Origin: an uncultured virus (IMG/VR IMGVR_UViG_3300050821_007029) | Taxonomy: Duplodnaviria; Heunggongvirae; Uroviricota; Caudoviricetes | Reading direction: 5' to 3' (one strand) | IMG/VR virus record: IMGVR_UViG_3300050821_007029 | DNA: 61,390 nt | Part shown: positions 53,762 through 61,390 of the stretch, piece by piece | Layout of the letters: every line of letters starts with the position of its first letter | Position numbering within the stretch: the first letter of the stretch is position 1 | Notes under the pieces: model-generated | Seen by the model: the letters and a program-made list of their open reading frames with translations, nothing else | Told to the model about the DNA's origin: nothing | Database searches by the model: none | Made by a program: the position numbers and the translations under genes

Positions 53762-56331
53762 TCTGGGCCGCCGGTGAGGAGAAACGGTGCCGGCGGGGTC
53801 TTCTTGCCGAAGACGCTGAGCCCCTGAATGGCCAAGGTCACGCTCACCAGCGGGGTGATGTCCGCGCCAGTGGAGTCCCACGCCCACGCCTGCGCGACGT
53901 TGCGGGACCGGGCGGCCTCGGCGGCGTCGTTGAGGGGCTTCTGGTCTGGGTGGCGGAACGCGCCGTTCGCGGCGGCGTTCGCCAGCGCCCCGCACGCCTG
54001 CGCGTAGTCGCGGGCCGACAGCAGATGCAGCCGCTGCGCGCCCAGCGGTGTCGGCTTGTCCGGGGCGGCGGTGACGAACCCGGCGTTGCGGAGATGCTTC
54101 TCAAACGCCCCCGCCGGCCCAGCCGGGTCAAGCGCGACGACACAGGGGTGGCGGCGGCCGCAGATGCCCAGGAGCCGGTCCATCAGCCACCCCGTGCCAG
54201 GCAGATGCTCCGCGAGCTCGCCGTGGGGAAGGTCGTCGTCACGCCACCCGGCGACAGCGATCGCCGCCATCGACGAGTCGGGGGCGACGTCGATCGCGAC
54301 AGCCAGCGGTGACCCGGCGCGGACGGCCGACTGGGGGTCGGCGCACGCCAGCCACGACGACAAGGGCATCGGCGACGTGCCGTCGGTGGGGTGGTCATGC
54401 CAGCCCATCCGCTCACGGCGGAACTCACTCACCGGCAGCGCCTGCCTCTCAGCGGCGATGTAGTCGATGGTGATGCGTTTCCCGATCGCCGGGTTCGCTT
54501 TCAGCCACAGGTCTGGCTTGTCGCAGCCGCAGCCGACCGCGGTTTTCGCGTGGGTGCATTTGCCGCCCGCTTCGCAGGCTTCCTCCGGCGGCGGCGCGCA
54601 CCACTCCAGATACCCGAGCCGGGGCGTGTCACCAGCGCGCCCGCGGGCGACGACATCACGCAGGACGTCGGAATCCTCAAGCGCGGCGCTGGAGCCGTAC
54701 AGCAGCTGGGGGTCCGGCTGGGCGCTCATGGTCGGGACGAGGGCACCCATGTGCTTGGGTTTCAGAGCGAAACCCTCGTCGAGGATCACCTTCCGCCCGG
54801 ACAGGCCACGGCCACCGCCGGAAGTGCGTGTCTTGAAGATCAGCCGCGCCCCCGACTTGAGCTCGATGGCTTCCTCACCGTGGTTGCGGATGACCCGTTT
54901 CACCTCGCGGCGGAGATAATCGGAGCCGGTTACCAGCTGCTCGCAGTCACGGAACATCTCCATCGCGGTGTTGTGCGTTGGGATGAAGCCGCGGCCGGCG
55001 AGGAAACAGCCGGACTCATGGGCGACGGTGAGACACCGGGTGGGACGCGTCAGGACAGGCTCAATCGCCACGATGGCGTTGTAGGCCGAACGTGTCTTCC
55101 GCAGCCGCTTGATAGCGGATGACTTGCGGGGCATCCCGAACGGGCTGCCCTCATCGGGGGCGAACTGAACCCGCCACTTGAACGCGCCGCTATTCCGGTA
55201 AGTGCCCTGGCCGACTTTGAACCGGCGCAGTGTCGCGCGGTAGCCGAGGGAACGAACCAGACAGAGGATGTCCTCCATGAGATCGGGCCGGACCATAGTC
55301 ACCGCGAGCTGATGCGCGGAGACCGTCCCGTCAGTGTCCATGATTCCGGCGAGCAGCTCACGCCGCTGCGCCTCGGACGCGCGCAGGTACATCTCCGGAA
55401 TGCGCTTGTCGGTCAGGGCCCCCGTGCGCCGCAGCCGGGGCACCAGCCCGTAGACGAAGACGTCCGTCACCCTGTCCGGCCAGCGCGGGTCAGGCACGAG
55501 ACGGTAGGTCTCACCCAGCCGGTCAATGCGGTTCAGGATGTAGGGCAGTTCAGCGGCGCCGGCCGTGATCTGATTCTTGTTCCTGGTGCCATCTCCCAGC
55601 CACGCGCCGAACAGCCATGGGTCAACCGGCAGTTCAGCGTCAGGGAGCCGCGGTGGCTTTGGCAGGTCTACGCGCCACCGCCAGACACGTCGTGCCCGGG
55701 TACGCCGCCGGCCGTTCGGCGGACTGACATGAGCGACCCCGGCGGCGTGCATCTCACGCGTGCTCACCACCCGTTCCGCGCGCCAGTACGCCCACGGGCC
55801 GATCTCCGTCACTTGCCACAGGTGCTGCGCACCAGCTACCAGTGACTGGCCGTCCGCGAAGCTCACGCGGTAGCAGTCGCTGGTGACCTGGATGGGGTGG
55901 GCGATCGTCACCTTCGTCGGCTGCCCATCGGGGCCGAACACCTCATCACCAGGCGCCAGGCCGCCCATGGTGGTCCAGCCGCGGTTGGCGGTGAACATGG
56001 GCGTATCAAGATCCAGGTCGCCGAACTCATGAGCCGAGTACACTACGAGCCTTTCGTCGAAAAGATACAGCCACCCAAGCGCGGCCATCTTAAATGAACT
56101 CGACTTAATATTCTGGCGGCCAACGATAATGGCGCCCTCGAAAACGGCGGAAAGGCCATCAGCGCGGCGTGCGAAGATCATGTCCAGCGCGAGACGCTGC
56201 TCAGCATCCGGCGGGTAGTCCGCCAGGTCGCACAGGTCGGCCACCTCGGGCCCGAACGTCTTGACGTAATCGGGGATATGGAAATGGGCAGGCCTCACCA
56301 GGCCTGGGCGGTCCGCGAAGGCGTCAGTCAC
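53758..56331 (-). CDS. terL: terminase large subunit with intein
   Basis: Walker A variant GRQNIKS, YSAHEF, GRGLSG.KVILDE, ANPAIG, FRRERMG and nuclease motifs (AIDVAPD, DITPL). Confidence 0.95.
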   Translation of the reverse strand: MTDAFADRPGLVRPAHFHIPDYVKTFGPEVADLCDLADYPPDAEQRLALDMIFARRADGLSAVFEGAIIVGRQNIKSSSFKMAALGWLYLFDERLVVYSAHEFGDLDLDTPMFTANRGWTTMGGLAPGDEVFGPDGQPTKVTIAHPIQVTSDCYRVSFADGQSLVAGAQHLWQVTEIGPWAYWRAERVVSTREMHAAGVAHVSPPNGRRRTRARRVWRWRVDLPKPPRLPDAELPVDPWLFGAWLGDGTRNKNQITAGAAELPYILNRIDRLGETYRLVPDPRWPDRVTDVFVYGLVPRLRRTGALTDKRIPEMYLRASEAQRRELLAGIMDTDGTVSAHQLAVTMVRPDLMEDILCLVRSLGYRATLRRFKVGQGTYRNSGAFKWRVQFAPDEGSPFGMPRKSSAIKRLRKTRSAYNAIVAIEPVLTRPTRCLTVAHESGCFLAGRGFIPTHNTAMEMFRDCEQLVTGSDYLRREVKRVIRNHGEEAIELKSGARLIFKTRTSGGGRGLSGRKVILDEGFALKPKHMGALVPTMSAQPDPQLLYGSSAALEDSDVLRDVVARGRAGDTPRLGYLEWCAPPPEEACEAGGKCTHAKTAVGCGCDKPDLWLKANPAIGKRITIDYIAAERQALPVSEFRRERMGWHDHPTDGTSPMPLSSWLACADPQSAVRAGSPLAVAIDVAPDSSMAAIAVAGWRDDDLPHGELAEHLPGTGWLMDRLLGICGRRHPCVVALDPAGPAGAFEKHLRNAGFVTAAPDKPTPLGAQRLHLLSARDYAQACGALANAAANGAFRHPDQKPLNDAAEAARSRNVAQAWAWDSTGADITPLVSVTLAIQGLSVFGKKTPPAPFLLTGGPE
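54970..56019 (-). mobile_element. class 3 intein with LAGLIDADG endonuclease (about 350 aa, probable Asp1, Thr+1)
   Basis: DLDLDTPMFT..GWTTMG...HLW...LLAGIMDTDG...TRCLTV...IPTHN|T. Confidence 0.88.
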
Positions 56332-56798
56332 GCCTCGCGCCGCATCTTGCCGTCCCGGCGCTTGCGCAGTTCGTCGATCGGGCTCTCGGCCGCTGGGCCT
56401 TCACCTGGTTTGCGGTCGAGGGCGAGGAGAGCGGAGCGGCGTTCCGCGAACTGGATCAAACGGCCCTGCGCTTTCAGCGCCAGCTCCGGATCAGCGCTCC
56501 GGCCGCAGTGAGCGCACGCCGGGGCTGACGCGGTCGCCAAGATGGTCTGCGCTGAGCGGACCAGGCGGTCAAGGCGTTCGAGTTCAAGGGCGACGAGGAG
56601 GTCTTTGCGTGAATCAGGAAGCTTCGACGCGGCTTCAAGGGCGCGGGTGACGTCCATGGCGACCTGCCGCGCGGAACGCCGTGGCAGTCCCTGCTCGGCT
56701 TCCCGGTCGGCGATCTGCTGGTCCGACAGGCCAGCGGCGCGGAGCCCGAGGACACGCAGCCGGCGTTCCGCTACCTGGTCTTCGCCGCCGCCGCTCAT
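56328..56798 (-). CDS. terS: terminase small subunit
   Basis: HTH-like N-terminus (LRAAGLSDQQIA), ELERLDRL and SPIDELRKRR. ATGA overlap with terL; TACGAT -10. Confidence 0.75.
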   Translation of the reverse strand: MSGGGEDQVAERRLRVLGLRAAGLSDQQIADREAEQGLPRRSARQVAMDVTRALEAASKLPDSRKDLLVALELERLDRLVRSAQTILATASAPACAHCGRSADPELALKAQGRLIQFAERRSALLALDRKPGEGPAAESPIDELRKRRDGKMRREA

Positions 56799-56868
56799 GG
56801 GCTCATCGTAGAACCCGCCGGCTGAACAGGGCAAAGACGCCATCAGGAAAGCAATGTAGAATTGACAG

Positions 56869-57276
56869 ATGCGTAAAGACGACGAGCAATCTATTCGCGT
56901 GCTTACGATCGCGCAGCCCTGGGCGTGGTGTGTGTTCCACGCGGGGAAAGATGTGGAGAACCGCGGTTGGCGGCCCTCCGCCCCGCGTACGGTCCTGATC
57001 CACGCTGGGCAGCGGTTCGACCCGGACGCGGCCAGGTTCCTGAAGCGTCTCGGTGTCGAGGCCCCACCCGAGGACGAGCTGCCCCGGGGGGTCATCATCG
57101 GCCAGGTCCGCATCACTGGCTGGTCTGAGGACTCCCCGTCCAGGTGGGCGTTCCGCGAACCGGGTGTGTGGCACTGGCAGCTCACCGGGCCAGTCCTCGC
57201 GAGCAAGCTGATCCCGTACCGGGGGATGCCCGGGTTCTGCCCGCCGCCCGCCCGGTGGAAGCGGGCGTTCCGGTGA
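56869..57276 (+). CDS. ASCH-domain protein
   Basis: LTIAQPWAW....GKDVENR.W...LIHAG...PRGVIIG...HWQL. Confidence 0.9.
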   Translation: MRKDDEQSIRVLTIAQPWAWCVFHAGKDVENRGWRPSAPRTVLIHAGQRFDPDAARFLKRLGVEAPPEDELPRGVIIGQVRITGWSEDSPSRWAFREPGVWHWQLTGPVLASKLIPYRGMPGFCPPPARWKRAFR

Positions 57277-57301
57277 CCGCGGCGGGACATCCAGCCCACC
57301 C

Positions 57302-58399
57302 TCAGCTAGGCAGCGGCGCTGTGTACTCGAACGACCGTGTTCCCAGCGACCGCGGGTCCATCTTCCGCCGCATCATGCCCTTATGCGTGGTGGGGGCACT
57401 CGCCAGCGTCCGCGACGTCGACCCAAGGTCACGCCACCGGGGTGAACGGGCGAGCATCGCGATCATCGCCGGATGCGCCACCACATAATGCAGCCGCAGC
57501 TTCTGGTCATACAGGTGCTGGCCGAGCCAGTCACACAGCCGGCCGGCGATGCCGAGGCCCTGCCAGTCAGGCAGGACGACGAGGCGGTGACCCATGCGGA
57601 TCGTCTTCGTATGGGGATGGGGGAAATTCAGGTAGCTGGTGAACGCCACCGGGCGCCCTTCCACATACGCGGCGAAACACGTGGCGCCGTTCGCGATCCG
57701 CGCGCTCAGATAATGGTGATCTTTGTAACGGGCCCACTCGTCACGTTCGACGGGGAAGACGTCGAGCTCGACCGGCGGGTGGGGTTGAAGCCGCCTCCAC
57801 GAGAATTGACCCAGCGGCATCTCCAGCACCCAGTCCGGCTGCAGCCAGTCGATCACGTCGAAGTGACATGTCACCGCGACCAGCTGGCGCCCCGCTTTGC
57901 GGATGGTCTTCTGCAGGGCGTGCGACGCGACCTTCGCGACCTGGCGGTCAACGGTGGACGTGAACTCATCCACCACGGCGACGGAACCCTCCGGGGTTTC
58001 AGCGAGCAGCCGCGCCATGTCCGCGCGGAACGACTCCCCCATGCTCAGCACCGAATACGGCTTCACCCACGCCGGAACCGATCCGAGCCCAACCGCGGAC
58101 AGCAGCCCCGTGATCTCCCGCGCCCCAGACGACTCGGGGAAGTTGTCGACCAGCGCCAGATCAGGCGCCCAGGTGTGGTTCATGAACGAATCCGGCCACA
58201 GTTCCCGCGCCGTCAGGGACTTCCCCGCACCCGACGCCCCCGTGATCAGGCCGATGTTCCACGGCCTGTCCTCCACCGGCAGGTCCACGTCAATGTCGAC
58301 GGCGAGTTTCCTGTCCAGCGGGAGGTCCATCATCCCAGCGACCTGCAGCACCCGCGGGCTCCGCTGAATCTCAGACGAACGGTGAACCGACGCCCTCAC
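57302..58399 (-). CDS. ABC-type ATPase fused to a GNAT (Mom-like) acyltransferase
   Basis: GASGAGKS, LSMGE, VVDEFTSTVDR and TCH motifs, then HHYL and RLVVLPDWQGLGIA (acetyl-CoA motif). Confidence 0.85.
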   Translation of the reverse strand: MRASVHRSSEIQRSPRVLQVAGMMDLPLDRKLAVDIDVDLPVEDRPWNIGLITGASGAGKSLTARELWPDSFMNHTWAPDLALVDNFPESSGAREITGLLSAVGLGSVPAWVKPYSVLSMGESFRADMARLLAETPEGSVAVVDEFTSTVDRQVAKVASHALQKTIRKAGRQLVAVTCHFDVIDWLQPDWVLEMPLGQFSWRRLQPHPPVELDVFPVERDEWARYKDHHYLSARIANGATCFAAYVEGRPVAFTSYLNFPHPHTKTIRMGHRLVVLPDWQGLGIAGRLCDWLGQHLYDQKLRLHYVVAHPAMIAMLARSPRWRDLGSTSRTLASAPTTHKGMMRRKMDPRSLGTRSFEYTAPLPS

Positions 58400-58629
58400 G
58401 CGGGCTGGCCCACACGGTGTTTCGCGACTTCCTCATCGCCGCGCCGGCACGCCGCCTGCCTGCACCGCTCGCTCACGTTCAGGCCCAGCAGCAGCGTCGC
58501 CGCGCTATACCAGCGGAGCTGCTCGGCGTCGCTCAGCGCCGGATCGGGTGCCAGGTGCCTCGCTGAGTCCCACGGCGCCGGCTCAGGATCAGCCGGCGGC
58601 TTCATGCGCGTCTTATCGTCGTAGCTCAT
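58396..58629 (-). CDS. hypothetical protein
   Basis: 77 aa, overlaps the start of the ABC-GNAT gene. Confidence 0.5.
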   Translation of the reverse strand: MSYDDKTRMKPPADPEPAPWDSARHLAPDPALSDAEQLRWYSAATLLLGLNVSERCRQAACRRGDEEVAKHRVGQPA

Positions 58630-58648
58630 GAGCGTGACACTACCGGCG

Positions 58649-59212
58649 CTACGTCATTATCGCTCTCACGGCCAGCCCCTGACCGGCTAGTTCACCTAGC
58701 AGGCGCACCTGCTCACCTTCCGACGAGCACTCCACGATCACACCCCACCGCGCCACCCCCGGATCAACGGGGGCGTCCCCCGGCGGCGGCATGATCTCCT
58801 CACCGTTAAGCCGCGACACGTCCTCCGCGGTGAACCCCGTTCCCACGAGGTCGCCCTCCATCGCGTCAAGCAAGGCGGCGAGCCGTTCCGGGTCGTCCCT
58901 GGCCTTGTCGGACAGCCGGTTGTCCGACACGTTCACCCGGCGGGCCTCCTGGTCGGTGTACTCCCACACCTCCACCTGCGCCTCGGTGTAGATCACGTTC
59001 CCATCGTCATCCCGGACGGATTCCATCGCGTCAAACGTGCCGTTCCCCGCGACGATCACAAGCTGCCCATCGGGCATCCGCCGGCACAGCAGCGACTTGT
59101 ACTGGCCGAGACGCACCGACTCGCGGATCTCCGCGTCGGCGTGAACACGGGCGTTCCCCGGGAACCGCTCCAGCTCGCTCAACGGCACCGTGATCGTCTC
59201 CAGGTACCTCAC
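58649..59212 (-). CDS. ParB/Srx-like N-terminal domain protein
   Basis: VPLSEL..FPGNARVH...IVAGNGT..A...SDNRLSD. Confidence 0.85.
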   Translation of the reverse strand: MRYLETITVPLSELERFPGNARVHADAEIRESVRLGQYKSLLCRRMPDGQLVIVAGNGTFDAMESVRDDDGNVIYTEAQVEVWEYTDQEARRVNVSDNRLSDKARDDPERLAALLDAMEGDLVGTGFTAEDVSRLNGEEIMPPPGDAPVDPGVARWGVIVECSSEGEQVRLLGELAGQGLAVRAIMT

Positions 59213-59475
59213 CCAGCCACCACCGCCGGCGACACAGCCACCCGCAGCCACGGCGTCGTCACCCGGCCACGTTCATCCACCCACGCCCGGCACTCCCCAC
59301 CGCAGCCACTGTCACACTCGACGAGCTCATAGTGAGCCAGATCGGGCCCCCACGCGACCACGCCCGTACCCCAGTGATCACAGCCAGCATGTGGGCACTC
59401 ACCCAGCACCGGCGCCGGGCCATAACCCGAGAACCAGGTCACCTCGCCGGGATGATCAAGCTGGACGTAGCTCAC
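59209..59475 (-). CDS. Cys-rich hypothetical protein
   Basis: CPH.GCDH...WGPD..HYELVEC..GC..ECRAW. Confidence 0.6.
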   Translation of the reverse strand: MSYVQLDHPGEVTWFSGYGPAPVLGECPHAGCDHWGTGVVAWGPDLAHYELVECDSGCGGECRAWVDERGRVTTPWLRVAVSPAVVAG

Positions 59476-59524
59476 GGCACGACCCTACCGCCCGCATGTA
59501 GAAGCGGCTCATATCCTGGGGCCC

Positions 59525-59824
59525 ATGACTGACTGGGCTGGGCTCACCGACTGGAAACCCTGCGGCTGGCTCCTCGTCGGCGACGACGACGCCCAGAAAC
59601 CCTGGCGGCTCGTCCCCAACGAGCCCACCATCGAGGCCCCCGGCCAGCCACCGTTCAGCCTCGGCAACCCCGACCCCGCGACGCCCGCCAACCTCCTATC
59701 GCCCTACATCCGCCACTGCGCCAAATGCGACCGCTGGGACGACCACTGCGAACGCGTCCCATGCCCACCCGGCTGCCGCTGCTGCGCCCGCATGGCCACC
59801 GAACCAGCCCAGGCACCACGGTGA
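59525..59824 (+). CDS. hypothetical protein with a Cys-rich C-terminus
   Basis: TATCCT -10 lies 7 nt before the ATG. Confidence 0.55.
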   Translation: MTDWAGLTDWKPCGWLLVGDDDAQKPWRLVPNEPTIEAPGQPPFSLGNPDPATPANLLSPYIRHCAKCDRWDDHCERVPCPPGCRCCARMATEPAQAPR

Positions 59825-60030
59825 ACGGCACCGAGCGCAGCGACTTCGACGTCATCCGGGACTTCCTGCTCACACTCGACCCCGAAACCCGCCACCAGGT
59901 CATCGCCTCGATGAGACTCATCCGCGACCTGCCCGCGCCCGCCGCCGTGCGGATCATGATAAACGCCGCGTGGCGCGACCAGGCACGCGGATACGGGCAG
60001 CCACTCGTAAGCCTCGCGTCGCCCTTCTAA
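59821..60030 (+). CDS. hypothetical protein
   Basis: GTGA overlap; MNGTERSDFDVIRDFLL. Confidence 0.5.
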   Translation: MNGTERSDFDVIRDFLLTLDPETRHQVIASMRLIRDLPAPAAVRIMINAAWRDQARGYGQPLVSLASPF

Positions 60031-60050
60031 CTTCCCGCACAAGTCCAGCT

Positions 60051-60248
60051 TCATCGCGTCTTCCCCGTTGAGGCGGTCGCGTGGCGCTCACGCCACCTGC
60101 GGACCCGTGCCGCCGTAGAGCAGCGACGGGAGCAGTGCCGTGAATCACGCCGGCCGCCCTCACCCCGGTAGAACGTGCCGCCGCAGTTGGCGCAGATCTG
60201 AGGCGGCGGCAGGATAGCCCGGCAAACGGGACAGCGTTCGGGGCTCAT
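60051..60248 (-). CDS. small zinc-finger protein (CGNR-like)
   Basis: CPVC...CANCGGTF...RHCSRRC..AARVRRWR; TACACT -10. Confidence 0.65.
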   Translation of the reverse strand: MSPERCPVCRAILPPPQICANCGGTFYRGEGGRRDSRHCSRRCSTAARVRRWRERHATASTGKTR

Positions 60249-60308
60249 GACGCCAGTGTAACGGTGTAGTCGCGCCGCGACGCCGTTACGGAAAGGTAGA
60301 CTGCGGAC

Positions 60309-60941
60309 ATGACGCCGCCCCCCGAAGGCCGCACGGCTCTCTACCGGCTCCACGACGCTGAGGGCGCGCTGCTCTACGTCGGCATCACCCACGACCCAGA
60401 CGCGCGCTTCGCGGCGCACGCCAGCGACAAGCCCTGGTGGCCCGACGTGGCGCGCAAGACCATCGAGTGGTACGCGCGACGTGAACACGCCCTGGCAGCG
60501 GAGGAAGCGGCCATCAAAGCCAAGAGTCCCCGTCACAACGTGGTCCACTGTCCATGCCCGCCAGAACACGTGACGGTAACCCTGGATCAGGCGACCGTAC
60601 GCGGCCTGGCCATCCTGCACCGGCAGGTAAAGGCGCGGGTATCAGGCGTCCCCGAGGACTTCCCGCTTCCCGACCTGAGCCCGGCCGGAGTCATCACGTT
60701 CCTGCTCGAACGCGAACTCAGGGCGCGTGGACTCTTCGGAGACGCTCCCTGCTGGCACGACAGCTTGGTGGGATGGCCCGACGGCGTCGCCGTCCAGACC
60801 GACGAGTGCAACTGCGGGAAAGCCATCGAACCAGACGGCCACTTCATCCACCGCGCGTGCCGCGACCGTATCCGGGGCGAGCACGACGGGCAGCAGTCCA
60901 CCGTGACAGCCCCGAACCCACTACCAGTCCTGGGTCGCTGA
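60309..60941 (+). CDS. GIY-YIG nuclease-family protein
   Basis: TALYRLHD..GALLYVGIT....RF..H...WW...ALAAEEAAIK...PRHN; TAGACT -10. Confidence 0.88.
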   Translation: MTPPPEGRTALYRLHDAEGALLYVGITHDPDARFAAHASDKPWWPDVARKTIEWYARREHALAAEEAAIKAKSPRHNVVHCPCPPEHVTVTLDQATVRGLAILHRQVKARVSGVPEDFPLPDLSPAGVITFLLERELRARGLFGDAPCWHDSLVGWPDGVAVQTDECNCGKAIEPDGHFIHRACRDRIRGEHDGQQSTVTAPNPLPVLGR

Positions 60942-61307
60942 CCAGCCACTATGCCGCGGCACAGGCGGCAGCTTCGACATATTGCAAAACGCGTGCGACC
61001 ACCCCAGATACTCACCCGGCGCACCACCATCCACATGATCCAAATGGATATCCGACCCCGCCGCCATCAGCCGGCCACAACGCGCGCACGGAGTGCCATA
61101 AGCAGCAGCACGCTCCCTGTTCCGCCGCTGAACATGCTTCCACCCATACCGCGTCTCACGGTCCGTCCGGCACCCCGGGCAACACGCCGCCGGACGCCCC
61201 GGACCCTGCCAGAACGAACCACCACACCGCTCACACACGAGCCTGGCCACACCACGATTCTCGCCGCCAACACCAAAAACGGCGCCGCCGACTTGACTTT
61301 TCGCCAC
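60921..61307 (-). CDS. HNH endonuclease, packaging-associated type
   Basis: RYGWKH...PCARCG...HLDH...YLGWSHAFCN; upstream of the terminase module. Confidence 0.8.
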   Translation of the reverse strand: MAKSQVGGAVFGVGGENRGVARLVCERCGGSFWQGPGRPAACCPGCRTDRETRYGWKHVQRRNRERAAAYGTPCARCGRLMAAGSDIHLDHVDGGAPGEYLGWSHAFCNMSKLPPVPRHSGWSATQDW

Positions 61308-61390
61308 GGCGCGGAGGGAGAAACATAAATCGCGAGTGGGTCAGCCGCCGCCGGGCGGCGGTGGCGGACGTCCCCCCCGGGTGCGGCGTG

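Noticed and set aside
56799..57299. N-terminal extension of terS in the track (56328..57299)
   Set aside because: It is antisense to the ASCH gene, and a -10 box supports the start at 56798.
1..61390. Integrase/att site, reverse transcriptase (DGR or retron), IS transposase, rRNA
   Set aside because: No diagnostic motifs were recognised in any frame. Such genes could lie outside the window.

Overview
High-GC (by eye about 70%) actinobacterial siphovirus segment, either a free phage, a prophage or a phage-plasmid. The minus strand runs from ~61,300 down to ~7,230 in canonical order. It starts with a packaging HNH, a ParB-like gene, an ABC-ATPase/GNAT fusion, terS and terL (class-3 intein). 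Next is an accessory island with three tandem Y-RNA-like ncRNAs (one a tRNA-mimicking YrlA), Ro60/TROVE and a Tad2/DUF2829 gene. Then come the portal (class-3 intein), a protease-capsid fusion, a ~6.5 kb glycosyltransferase/methyltransferase block, and head-tail and tail genes (tail chaperone with a -1 frameshift; tape measure with an apparent 5' frameshift). The arm ends with two paralogous glycoside-hydrolase-like proteins, a GH25 endolysin and membrane/lysis genes. Convergent on the plus strand (1-7,219) is a Streptomyces-type conjugation module: TraA-like, TraB/FtsK, clt-like direct repeats and a GIY-YIG nuclease carrying a TraB-like winged helix. It is followed by a stand-alone trigger factor, a YdjM-like hydrolase and a NUDIX hydrolase. 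No integrase, repressor, replication gene or CRISPR array was recognised. All family assignments come from motif recognition by eye; no searches were run.
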